A program made the position numbers and the translations under genes. The notes below the pieces were generated by a model. It was given only the letters and a program-made list of their open reading frames with translations. It searched no databases and was not told where the DNA came from. Below, piece by piece: positions 28,377 through 37,761 of a DNA stretch of 64,000 bases. Positions within the stretch are counted from its first letter, which is position 1; the number at the start of each line of letters is the position of its first letter. Source of the stretch: a virus. The stretch lies in IMG/VR virus record IMGVR_UViG_3300033153_008400, positions 1-64,000 of that record. One strand, written 5' to 3'.

Positions 28377-29681
28377 ATGGCCAAAGATGACGTAAACTCA
28401 GAGATGAGTAATTTCAGTATCCAGGATACTATGAATATGGGAGCAGGAAGCACTGAATTACTAGAAAACTTATTAGCTCCTGAAACAGCAGCAGGTAAGC
28501 CAGAAGATCTTAAACCAATAATCAAAGAAGTTATTGATCCAATAACTAAAAAGGTTATTACAACGAAGGATGATACTACAGTTGAAGACGCTAACAAGAA
28601 ACCTGATACATCTATACAGGATTTTTTAGCGAGTACAGATGAGACAACGACGGATGAGACAACAACAGATGAAACAACACAAACTGTAACCGACCAGACT
28701 ACGACGGATGAAACAACAACAACGAGTGACGAGACCACACAAGCACCAAAAGGAGCAGAAGAAGGTGAAGGCACGGGAGAAGATGGAGAGGAGGGGAATG
28801 TACCTTTTAAAGCATTATCCAAAGAGTTAACAGATTTAGGTATTTTTTCAGCGCAAGAAGATGGTGAAGATCCTATTGAAACTCCAGAACAGTTTTTAGC
28901 AAAGTTTCAAAGTGAAAAACAGAATGGTGCTATAGAAATGGTAAACAATTTTATAGGACAGTTTGGAGAAGAATACCAAAGTGCTTTTGATTCTATTTTT
29001 GTAAAAGGTGTTGATCCTAAAGAATATTTTAATACCTTTAATAAAATAACTGATTTTACAAATCTTGATTTAACTAAAGAAGATAATCAGAAATTAGTAT
29101 TAAGACAAACTTTAACTGATCAGGGATTTGAAGGAGAAGATATAAATTTAGAGATTGAGAAAATAAATAACTATGGAGATTTAGAAATTACTGCTCAACG
29201 TTATCATAAGGTTTTAGTAAAGAAGGAAGCTCAGAATCTGAAAGACATGGATGCAAAAGCTTCTGTAGATTTACAAAACAAAACGGCTATAAAGAATGAA
29301 TATATAACTAATGTACGAACTATATTACAAGATAAAGTAAAAGAAAAAGGTTTTGATGGGATACCTTTAAATCCTAAAATGGCAAACGAACTACATGACT
29401 TCCTATTAGTCGATAAGTACAAAACTTCCTCAGGGGAGACTTTGACTGATTTTGATAGAACGATCTTAGATTTGAAAAAACCTGAGAATCATGCTACCAA
29501 AGTTAAAGTTGGTTTGTTACTCAAGATGCTTGAAAAAGATCCAACATTATCTACTATACAAAAGACTGGGGTTACTAAGAAGACCAATAAGTTATTTTCG
29601 GAAGTTGCAAGACAAGTTTCAAAGCCAACTGTAATTAAAAAAGTACCTACTGGGCCTGCGCCTAGTTGGTTTGTAAAATAA
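28377..29681 (+). CDS. Acidic capsid scaffolding-like protein
   Basis: Acidic low-complexity N-half with TTDETT repeats; lies between portal and MCP. Confidence 0.65.
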   Translation: MAKDDVNSEMSNFSIQDTMNMGAGSTELLENLLAPETAAGKPEDLKPIIKEVIDPITKKVITTKDDTTVEDANKKPDTSIQDFLASTDETTTDETTTDETTQTVTDQTTTDETTTTSDETTQAPKGAEEGEGTGEDGEEGNVPFKALSKELTDLGIFSAQEDGEDPIETPEQFLAKFQSEKQNGAIEMVNNFIGQFGEEYQSAFDSIFVKGVDPKEYFNTFNKITDFTNLDLTKEDNQKLVLRQTLTDQGFEGEDINLEIEKINNYGDLEITAQRYHKVLVKKEAQNLKDMDAKASVDLQNKTAIKNEYITNVRTILQDKVKEKGFDGIPLNPKMANELHDFLLVDKYKTSSGETLTDFDRTILDLKKPENHATKVKVGLLLKMLEKDPTLSTIQKTGVTKKTNKLFSEVARQVSKPTVIKKVPTGPAPSWFVK

Positions 29682-29728
29682 AAAGCAGCACCATGCTGGT
29701 TTAATTAATTAATTTAAAATAAATAAAG

Positions 29729-31282
29729 ATGGCAATTCAAACAATTCCTGGATTAACTGGTTTTTCGTATGCAAGGGTGGCTTCAATGGACAAACGTGCA
29801 GTAGGGAAATTAACAGACGCAAATCACTTGGAATCGTTTCACTCTACTGAGCCTGCTGACTATGATAAGAAAATCATCAGTCTGTATACACAGAGCACAT
29901 TGTATAGTAACGATTTTCTCGACATGATCAACAAGAGCACACCTTTTTACATTGATAACAATAGTGATGCTTGGAAGTGGGACATAGCAGTTCCTTATAA
30001 ATTTCCAAAAATTTTAACCGTACCCACATCAACACAAGACAATGCCAAGCCTGGTATTGATGGTCAAGAATTTAATTTAGTATTAGATACTAATGAATTC
30101 TCTAAAAATGCCATCATCTCCTTGGGTAGTAGACAATATGGGCCTCGCCTGTATGTTGTAAAAGACCCACAGCCTTGGAATAACGGTTTCCTATATTCCT
30201 TTACTTTAGTTTCTGACAACCCTATGGTTGACTTTATTACTTCTACATTCTTACAAATTGGTATCGAATGTGAATTAGTGGATGCTGCTATTGGAGAATT
30301 TGATCAAGACTTGTTAGGTCTTCCTAGATTAGGTGAAAAAATAACTATGTTTGAATCTCTTGGTTCTGGATATGGTTACGAACACAAAATCACAGAATGG
30401 GCAGATCATAAAATGATGAGAGATGCTAGTGGGAAACCATTAGATATCTTAGTATATGCACCTCAACGAAGAAATCAATTACCACTAACTCGTAATGATA
30501 TTAAGTGGGAACCATTTATTGAGTTCTGGATGCGTAAGTCTATGATTGAAATGAAAGTTAAACGTATGATCTGGGCTAAGCCTGGAACGGTTAAGACAAG
30601 TGGTTCCAAGCAGGAAGTGAAAAGAACATCAGCAGGTGTTTATCACAGAATGCGTAATAATGGTAACTTGGTTCAGTATAACCGTGGAGAATTTTCTGCT
30701 AATCTGATTCGTTCAGTATTTGGAGATCTTTTCTATCGAAGAGTAGATGTTAAAGACAGACGAGTTAAGATGTATACTAATGAAGCTGGATTCGATGTAT
30801 TCCAACAAGCTTTAAAAGATGATGCATTGAACTCTGGATTGACTTTCATGGCTGATTCTGGAAACAGATACTTGCAAGGTGAAGGACAACATATCACTTA
30901 TAACTTTGCATTTGATGCAATGGTTACCAGAGAAACTGGTCGTGTTGAATTGATTCACTTGAAAGAGTTGGATTTACCACAAACTAATTTAGAATTTGGA
31001 CAAAACAAGAAATCAACTCCTGTATTTATGGTGTTTGATGTTTCTCCTAGTTCTGATGGTTCCATGATTAATAACATTAGAGAAGTTCGTATGAAGGGAG
31101 CACCTTCTATGACTTGGGGTTATATTGATGGTACAGCTCATCACTTAGGTTTTGCGAAATCTCAAGGTATGAGTTCTGCTAACAAATTCCCAGGATATGA
31201 AATCTGGATGAAAGACAGATGTGATATCTTTATTGAAGACTTGTCTCGTACAGTTCTGATAGAAGAAATTCCACAGTTCTAA
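29729..31282 (+). CDS. Major capsid protein
   Basis: 517 aa, biased high-expression codons, followed by a terminator; crAss-like synteny. Confidence 0.85.
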   Translation: MAIQTIPGLTGFSYARVASMDKRAVGKLTDANHLESFHSTEPADYDKKIISLYTQSTLYSNDFLDMINKSTPFYIDNNSDAWKWDIAVPYKFPKILTVPTSTQDNAKPGIDGQEFNLVLDTNEFSKNAIISLGSRQYGPRLYVVKDPQPWNNGFLYSFTLVSDNPMVDFITSTFLQIGIECELVDAAIGEFDQDLLGLPRLGEKITMFESLGSGYGYEHKITEWADHKMMRDASGKPLDILVYAPQRRNQLPLTRNDIKWEPFIEFWMRKSMIEMKVKRMIWAKPGTVKTSGSKQEVKRTSAGVYHRMRNNGNLVQYNRGEFSANLIRSVFGDLFYRRVDVKDRRVKMYTNEAGFDVFQQALKDDALNSGLTFMADSGNRYLQGEGQHITYNFAFDAMVTRETGRVELIHLKELDLPQTNLEFGQNKKSTPVFMVFDVSPSSDGSMINNIREVRMKGAPSMTWGYIDGTAHHLGFAKSQGMSSANKFPGYEIWMKDRCDIFIEDLSRTVLIEEIPQF

Positions 31283-31292
31283 AAAATAAATT

Positions 31293-31324
31293 AATCTCCT
31301 CTATTAACTTAGAGGAGATTTCTT
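31293..31324 (+). terminator. Intrinsic terminator after MCP
   Basis: AATCTCCTCTA/TAGAGGAGATT hairpin plus T-rich tail. Confidence 0.7.
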
Positions 31325-31395
31325 ATAAAGTATAAACTATAGGTTTGTCTCTTCGATGAGAATACTTTACAGATATAAATTAAAACTACATAGCG

Positions 31396-32364
31396 ATGGG
31401 TAAAATGGGAAAAATCTCTGTAATATTGAGAGAATTTGGTAGTTCAGGCCTGCAAACAATGCAACATGGATTAGCTAAGAACAGAATGTCTAGGATTCCA
31501 GGTACAGGAGTATTCAAGTATCCTTATAAGGAATTAGATGGTAAATATAGAACAGGATTAGATCCTAAAGCTTCTTATATTCAAAGGATACAAGACCCTT
31601 TGGAGAAGAAGTTAGAACTTGAAAGAATTAAAAGTACTTTAGCCAAATTAACGAAAGAATTAGGTAATATTGATTTAGGGCCACGCTCTACTTTCTGGAA
31701 TTATAGTCTTTCTCTTTCTCCTACAGATGGAACACATGTTCAACCTGTAAAGTTATTAGATTCAGATAATTATTTTGATTTAAATATACCATTTCAAGAA
31801 ATAGCATTCTCTTGGTTACGTGTTCATCCAACAATTGCTTCCAGCTATCAAGCCTGGGAACGAGGTGAATATCCAGCAGATACCCAATTCTATGTAGCAG
31901 ATGAAGAAATAGAACAAGCTCTTATCTTTAAAAAGAAAAGAGGAATCAATAAAGCAATTGCTAAGTTTGATTCAATGACACCTGCGAAGAAAAAGAAAGT
32001 AGGAAGACTCTTAGGATTAGCAGTAAGTGATGATACTACTGAAGATGTAGTATATAATTTAGTAGATAATATCCTTAAAAAAGGAGAGTTTGAATCTGGT
32101 AAGTTCCAGGGACTATCTACTATTGAAGTCTTTAGTCGTTTTGCAGATATGAAAGAAAATCTGTTACACGTTAAAGATTTGGTAAAACAAGCAATAGTTC
32201 ACTCTATTTACAGAGTCAAGAATAGTGGTAAAGTTTATGAAGGAGAATATGAAGTAGCTAAAGATGAAGAGGAATTGGTAGTATACCTTGTAAATGAGGA
32301 CCATCAAGATGATTTACTCACGTTAGAAGGTAAACTGAAATCAAAAAAGTTAACATCAGTATAA
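31396..32364 (+). CDS. Conserved crAss-like protein downstream of MCP
   Basis: 322 aa; synteny. Confidence 0.7.
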   Translation: MGKMGKISVILREFGSSGLQTMQHGLAKNRMSRIPGTGVFKYPYKELDGKYRTGLDPKASYIQRIQDPLEKKLELERIKSTLAKLTKELGNIDLGPRSTFWNYSLSLSPTDGTHVQPVKLLDSDNYFDLNIPFQEIAFSWLRVHPTIASSYQAWERGEYPADTQFYVADEEIEQALIFKKKRGINKAIAKFDSMTPAKKKKVGRLLGLAVSDDTTEDVVYNLVDNILKKGEFESGKFQGLSTIEVFSRFADMKENLLHVKDLVKQAIVHSIYRVKNSGKVYEGEYEVAKDEEELVVYLVNEDHQDDLLTLEGKLKSKKLTSV

Positions 32365-32374
32365 TAATATAATT

Positions 32375-33103
32375 ATGATATCAGTAGATAGTTTATTATA
32401 TAAAATAGATCAAAAGTTAAATAAACTATCTTCTAATTCTCATCAGAGGATTCAGTTAGAAGATAAGGTTTTAGCGCTTAATGAAGCACAGATCAAACTT
32501 ATAAAACAGAAAGCTGATGGTATTAGTATTATTAGTGGATTAGGATTTGATTCTTTTAAAAAGAGATATGATGATTTACAAAATTTAGTCGTAAATTTTA
32601 GTGATCCTCTTACTTTAACTGAAGTTAATAAAGATTTGAATGAATGGGAAACTACTATTGAAGGACTAGATCCTCAGTATATGTTTTATGTCGATAGTTA
32701 TTTTTTAGCTGATAAAGGAGAATGTACAGACAGGATTATCTGGACAAACCCAGATTTATTAAAGCATGGAGACTTACAATTACTCCTGAATAATGTCAAT
32801 ACTAAACCTTCTTTTGAATATCAAGAGACATTTAATTCGATTTCTTCAAATAAAATAAGTATATTTACAGATGGGACGTTTACTCCCAAAAAACTATATC
32901 TTATGTACATTCGCTACCCACAGTATATCAATAAAGCTGGGTACGTTATGTTAAATGACGAGAACTCAGTCGATAGTGACTGTGAACTTGCCAGTTATCT
33001 CGAAGATGAAATCTTAGACTTAGCAGTTCAAAACTTAGCGATGTACACAGAAAATTCTTCTGCTGTGCAGAGTGCTCAATTTAGGATACAAACAAATGAA
33101 TAA
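32375..33103 (+). CDS. Tail ring (head-tail connector) protein
   Basis: LNEAQ...YIRYP...CEL...EDEILDLAV pattern of crAss-like ring proteins. Confidence 0.7.
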   Translation: MISVDSLLYKIDQKLNKLSSNSHQRIQLEDKVLALNEAQIKLIKQKADGISIISGLGFDSFKKRYDDLQNLVVNFSDPLTLTEVNKDLNEWETTIEGLDPQYMFYVDSYFLADKGECTDRIIWTNPDLLKHGDLQLLLNNVNTKPSFEYQETFNSISSNKISIFTDGTFTPKKLYLMYIRYPQYINKAGYVMLNDENSVDSDCELASYLEDEILDLAVQNLAMYTENSSAVQSAQFRIQTNE

Positions 33104-33145
33104 GAATAATAAAATAAATATTAATTTAATCTAAAAATTTAAACA

Positions 33146-34327
33146 ATGGATTTTTCTTTAACAACAGTAGTGGTAGTCCCACCAGGAGCAACAGTAGCTC
33201 CAGTAACGGATTCAACACAGGACTTACTTGCTGGTGAAGTAGGATTTTTCGGAGCTGATTACGTAGGTGTAAGTGCAGGTACAATAGCTGCCCAACCTTA
33301 TTTTTATGTAGCGCAGGGAAGAGAGAATACTTACCTTCAAGGAACAAAACGTTCTGATAAAATTAGTGGATGTCCTCAAGCAGGGGTAGCATGTAACACT
33401 AATGTAACCGAATGGTATAAAGTTGCAGGTTGCATAACACCTACAAATCAAATTGTAGAGATAGATGATTTCACTGTAAAATGTGGTGAAAAACTAACAT
33501 TAACCTTAAGAGGACATTCTAGTTATCTGGATACCCTTTATTTCAACGGATTTACTCGTTCAGTAACTATCAACGCTCCTTGCTGTGACTGTCCTGCTGA
33601 CAATTGTACGGATGTTGATGCAGAGGCTCTGGTAGATGCTCTTATTGTTGCATTGGAAGCAGGTGCTCCTGGGACTAATTCAGACAATATTCTCTTAACA
33701 GATTTTTATACTTTTAGCAAGTTTGGAAGTGGTGCAACTACCAAATTAGTTATTACAGGTGTAGCTGTAACTAAAAACGGACAACCTTGTGATGTCGCTG
33801 CTTATCCAGCAGAATATGATAGAATGTGGTTTAATGTTTGGGTTATTGAAGGACCTGCAACAACTGTAGATTTTATTGTGTATGATGCATGTGAACAAGT
33901 AGCTACGGCGACTGTAACACAAACTTCTAATTATCCTACGGGAACAGCAGAAGAAATTGCACAGTTAGAGAAAAATTACTATAGCTATCAAGTTGGTTAC
34001 CTTAAGCATCTTTACAGAACTGCAGGGTACAACCAAAACTTTGAAAGCCATGTAGTAGCAGGAACTACATATGACACTTACTATATTAAGTTCAATGAAC
34101 TTGATAAGAGTGCATATCAATGGGGTGATTATATCCAAGAAGATAGCACAGTTATCATCGCTATCCCTACTGGAGATGCCGCTGCTTTTGAGGCTATTTT
34201 AGTAGCTGGTTTAGGAGCTGTTGCAGCAGATAATGCTTGTGTAACTACCACAACAACTGTAGCACCGTCGACTACGACAACTACAACTGTTGCGCCAACA
34301 ACTACAACTACTACAACAGGAGCTTAG
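33146..34327 (+). CDS. Auxiliary capsid/structural protein with C-terminal Thr repeats
   Basis: High-expression codons, followed by a terminator; ends TTTTTVAPSTTTTTTVAPTTTTTTTGA. Confidence 0.65.
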   Translation: MDFSLTTVVVVPPGATVAPVTDSTQDLLAGEVGFFGADYVGVSAGTIAAQPYFYVAQGRENTYLQGTKRSDKISGCPQAGVACNTNVTEWYKVAGCITPTNQIVEIDDFTVKCGEKLTLTLRGHSSYLDTLYFNGFTRSVTINAPCCDCPADNCTDVDAEALVDALIVALEAGAPGTNSDNILLTDFYTFSKFGSGATTKLVITGVAVTKNGQPCDVAAYPAEYDRMWFNVWVIEGPATTVDFIVYDACEQVATATVTQTSNYPTGTAEEIAQLEKNYYSYQVGYLKHLYRTAGYNQNFESHVVAGTTYDTYYIKFNELDKSAYQWGDYIQEDSTVIIAIPTGDAAAFEAILVAGLGAVAADNACVTTTTTVAPSTTTTTTVAPTTTTTTTGA

Positions 34328-34350
34328 TAGTAAACAAAATAGTATAACCT

Positions 34351-34397
34351 AAATGTCAGGGGAAAGAGGATAACTCCTATCCTCTGACATTTTTTTA
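34351..34397 (+). terminator. Intrinsic terminator
   Basis: AATGTCAGGGGA...TCCTCTGACATT followed by a T run. Confidence 0.75.
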
Positions 34398-34408
34398 TTT
34401 TACAAAAA

Positions 34409-34999
34409 ATGGCAACAACTACCACCACGACAACAACAGTAGTAGCCCCTGATTTAAGGCTAGATATATTTGTTCTCGAAACTTATAATGTAAAAACAAT
34501 AGCATTCTCTGATGCATCTATATATCCAAATGATCCTCCAGAAGTAACTCTTCCTACTATAAGGATTACTCCTCCTGGGTTTGATGAAGTCGCACTCCCT
34601 TTTTCAATGGAAACTTATAATGTATACAATTCTGCATCTTTATTAATTTCAGAAGTAGGGACAGAAGACCCTTTACCTGATGGTGTCTGGTCTGTATCTT
34701 ATAGTGTTTTTGATACTAAAACGGTGTGTATAACCAAGTCATTTATGAGGGTTAATAAGATTCAAGAAAAATTTGATAATGCTTTTATGACATTAGATAT
34801 GATGGAATGTGATAGTAAAATTAAGGCTCAAGCTAAAATAGAATTAAATTCCATTTGGTTTTTCATTCAAGGATCAATAGCAGCAGCCAATAATTGTGCT
34901 ATTTTACAATCTGAGAAATTATATGCTAAAGCAGATTCAATGCTTACACGTTTTTTAAACAATAATTGTGGATGTAGTGGATCTTTATACAACTATTAG
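34409..34999 (+). CDS. Virion structural protein (tail-hub-like) with N-terminal poly-Thr
   Basis: LPDGVW.V.Y motif; C-terminal CGC; synteny. Confidence 0.6.
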   Translation: MATTTTTTTTVVAPDLRLDIFVLETYNVKTIAFSDASIYPNDPPEVTLPTIRITPPGFDEVALPFSMETYNVYNSASLLISEVGTEDPLPDGVWSVSYSVFDTKTVCITKSFMRVNKIQEKFDNAFMTLDMMECDSKIKAQAKIELNSIWFFIQGSIAAANNCAILQSEKLYAKADSMLTRFLNNNCGCSGSLYNY

Positions 35000-35110
35000 A
35001 TGGCAAATTGCAAAAAATGTGGTGCCAAAGTAGGATGTGGGTGCCAATTAATAAATGGATTGTGTGCAAGTTGCAGAGCAATCGCAAAAAAATTTAAAAC
35101 ATTATGCTAA
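35000..35110 (+). CDS. 36-aa Cys-rich microprotein, not in ORF track
   Basis: MANCKKCGAKVGCGCQLINGLCASCRAIAKKFKTLC; fills the gap exactly. Confidence 0.7.
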   Translation: MANCKKCGAKVGCGCQLINGLCASCRAIAKKFKTLC

Positions 35111-35487
35111 CTATCAAAATGACAGATTGTGATCAATGTGGTGATATTTTAGCACTAATATCAGGAATCGATTGCACTATTACAAAGATTGGGAATGACA
35201 TATATAATGACCTTATATTTGCTCTGAACAAATCTTGTAGAACTAGTGATATGTCTGATCTTCTTCATTACAGAAGAATTTTGATAAATAAGTGGTGTAA
35301 TCCTTATTATACTGAAGATTATACTACTTTACAAATAGCTAGTAAAGTACAACTCATGACATCAGGATGTATTCCACAGGAATGTTGTGATGAATGTGAT
35401 TATGATGAATGTGATTATGATGGAGGTACAGTAGAAAGAGTAGCGCTAGAGTGTAATTATGATGGAGGTACTGTAGATCGTATATAG
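35104..35487 (+). CDS. Cys-rich structural protein
   Basis: C-terminal repeats CDYDGGTVERV / CNYDGGTVDRI. Confidence 0.65.
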   Translation: MLTIKMTDCDQCGDILALISGIDCTITKIGNDIYNDLIFALNKSCRTSDMSDLLHYRRILINKWCNPYYTEDYTTLQIASKVQLMTSGCIPQECCDECDYDECDYDGGTVERVALECNYDGGTVDRI

Positions 35488-35521
35488 AAGACTAAGTTTG
35501 AATAAAATTAAAATATAAAAA

Positions 35522-36364
35522 ATGAAGATACTTATAACACTTGCTCCCTTTGGAGAGGACTTAGGGCCATTCGATTTATACTCTGATGCAGATAATTATG
35601 CTGTTCCTTTTGATACGAATATCCTAGCATCAGAAATTGAGGCAGGATACACTAGTGTATTGGCTCCCGATGATGCTTTAATTATAAGAGCATTATCTAC
35701 AGGTACTTGTACTAATTATTTAAATTTAGTATTACCAACTACCACGACTACTACAACAATAGCCCCTTCTACTACAACGACAACAACATTAGCAGGAATA
35801 TTATGTGAAGAGACAGTTGCCTCAGGAGGATATGGAGTGACTGACAATATTGTAGTTATGGCTTCTGATACAGAAGGTACAGGAGGTATCATCATTATTG
35901 ATTTATCTTGTGTTTCTGTTCCAGATAAATTAGAGATAATTCATAATGGTGTCAAAGTAGCAACAACAGGTGTAGCTGGTGGTAATGCTGGACCATTTGA
36001 TAATGTATATGGAATTCCTAGTAATAACTATCCTACTGGTAGTGGAGATGTACTTCTTATTGACCAATTTGTTGGAGATGGTAAGCCAGGATCTAATCCT
36101 TCAAGGGATGCAGAGTTCTTAGCAGATACAGGTATTCCAGGTATCACAGCTAATAAACAACAATTAATCTGGTGGGAATATACTACTATAGATTATGCAG
36201 TTTCTACTAGTGTAACTATAAGAGTTGTTGGTTATCCAGGAACTTATTGGGAATTTACAAGAAGATGTCCTGCTGTAACAACGACTACTACAACAACAAG
36301 TAGTCCGACAACGACAACGACAACAACAGCTAGTCCTACAACAACGACTACAACGACAATATAA
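35522..36364 (+). CDS. Decoration protein: 'GPF' module, Thr tract, beta domain, Thr tail
   Basis: GEDLGPFDLYSD N-terminal module; VPDKLEIIHNG domain. Confidence 0.65.
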   Translation: MKILITLAPFGEDLGPFDLYSDADNYAVPFDTNILASEIEAGYTSVLAPDDALIIRALSTGTCTNYLNLVLPTTTTTTTIAPSTTTTTTLAGILCEETVASGGYGVTDNIVVMASDTEGTGGIIIIDLSCVSVPDKLEIIHNGVKVATTGVAGGNAGPFDNVYGIPSNNYPTGSGDVLLIDQFVGDGKPGSNPSRDAEFLADTGIPGITANKQQLIWWEYTTIDYAVSTSVTIRVVGYPGTYWEFTRRCPAVTTTTTTTSSPTTTTTTTASPTTTTTTTI

Positions 36365-36393
36365 AATGAAAATATTAATTTAATAAAAAAAAT

Positions 36394-37491
36394 ATGAGCT
36401 GCAAGAATTGTTTTAACGGATGTGCTAGTATAACATCAGACAAGTGTGTAAAATATACAGGAGTTAGCATTCCTGCACTAGGAATAGATAAAGGAGATAG
36501 CTTGTTTGTTGTAGAAAATAATATTTTACAACATCTCTTAAACTTAATAGATGGCACAGGTATTATAGTCAAGATACCTGAAGAGGCTCTTTGTGCAGTA
36601 ATAGAGAGTTATTTGCCAACTAGTGGAGACATAAGTATTGATCAATACATCACTGCTTTGATACAATCTGTTTGTTTTTTACAAGCTGAGGTTGATGCTA
36701 CAGATGCAAGAGTTAATAAGATTGAGGCTAATTATACGAAAGGATGTTTAACAGGAATAGATGCTGATGATGGAACACATGCCTTCCTTCAAGCTACTAT
36801 AGATTTTCTATGTACTTTGAATACTACAGTAGTTGCTTTATCTTTAAATTTAGCCAGTAACTATACAACTACTGCAGATTTACCTGCTCTTATAGAAACT
36901 CTAGTTGCAGAAGAACCAGAAACAAGTTTATATAAAAATAAAATGATTCCTATGACTGTAATGGAATACTATGGTTCTACAGGAAACTTCGATGGTTCGG
37001 GTGCAGGTATAGGAGATTACATAGATATCTATTTATGTAATGGTGATAATGGTACCCCTGATAAAAGAGGTAGAGTAGGTGTTGGTGCCACTACAGGAAT
37101 GGGTGGAGGTGCTATGGCGCCTGCAGTTGATCCTGGTGTATCTGGCAATCCTGGATATACTTTATTATCAGCAGAAGGTGCAAACACAGTAGCTTTGTCT
37201 ATTTCTCAAATGCCTACACATACTCATACAGCTTCTGCTACTTCAGAGGGAGACCATGTACATGCATATGGCACAGGATATGTTAGAACTGATGATGATG
37301 AGCCAGGAAATGATGAAGAAGCAGTCAGACATTCAGGATCTGATGAGCATAACAGAGCAAGTACTACTTCTACTCTAGGAAATGGAGCACATGGACATAC
37401 TATTACTGTAGATGCTGTTGGCGATGGAGATAGTCATGATAATATTCAACCAGTATTAACTTGTTACTATATAATGTATATACCATCTTAA
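36394..37491 (+). CDS. Tail fibre with tail-collar-like domain and His-rich tip
   Basis: YLCNGDNGTPDKRGRVGVG, LSISQMPTHTH, GAHGHTI, HDNIQP motifs. Confidence 0.8.
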   Translation: MSCKNCFNGCASITSDKCVKYTGVSIPALGIDKGDSLFVVENNILQHLLNLIDGTGIIVKIPEEALCAVIESYLPTSGDISIDQYITALIQSVCFLQAEVDATDARVNKIEANYTKGCLTGIDADDGTHAFLQATIDFLCTLNTTVVALSLNLASNYTTTADLPALIETLVAEEPETSLYKNKMIPMTVMEYYGSTGNFDGSGAGIGDYIDIYLCNGDNGTPDKRGRVGVGATTGMGGGAMAPAVDPGVSGNPGYTLLSAEGANTVALSISQMPTHTHTASATSEGDHVHAYGTGYVRTDDDEPGNDEEAVRHSGSDEHNRASTTSTLGNGAHGHTITVDAVGDGDSHDNIQPVLTCYYIMYIPS

Positions 37492-37506
37492 TAAACACTT
37501 AAGAGC

Positions 37507-37752
37507 ATGACAGGAATTGTAACACTATTGGCAGCAGGAATTGATTCAGGCCCATTTAATCTTTATTCAGATGTAGATGGGTTTGTAGTACCATTTGAGA
37601 GCTTAATAGATAAGGCACTGCTATTAGCTGGCTACCCAGTCAACACGATCCCTGGGGGAACGACTAGTATAAGAATTAAGTCCATAAGTGCTGTTTGTTC
37701 AAATTATGTAGATGTAGTAATGCCGACTACAACTACGACAACGACAATATAA
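37507..37752 (+). CDS. Stand-alone 'GPF' module with Thr tail
   Basis: GIDSGPFNLYSD...CSNYVD...PTTTTTTTI. Confidence 0.7.
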   Translation: MTGIVTLLAAGIDSGPFNLYSDVDGFVVPFESLIDKALLLAGYPVNTIPGGTTSIRIKSISAVCSNYVDVVMPTTTTTTTI

Positions 37753-37761
37753 AATTAATAT

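Noticed and set aside
23657-31282. Introns or inteins in terL, portal or MCP
   Set aside because: The ORFs are continuous and of ordinary length, with no intein or homing-endonuclease motifs seen.
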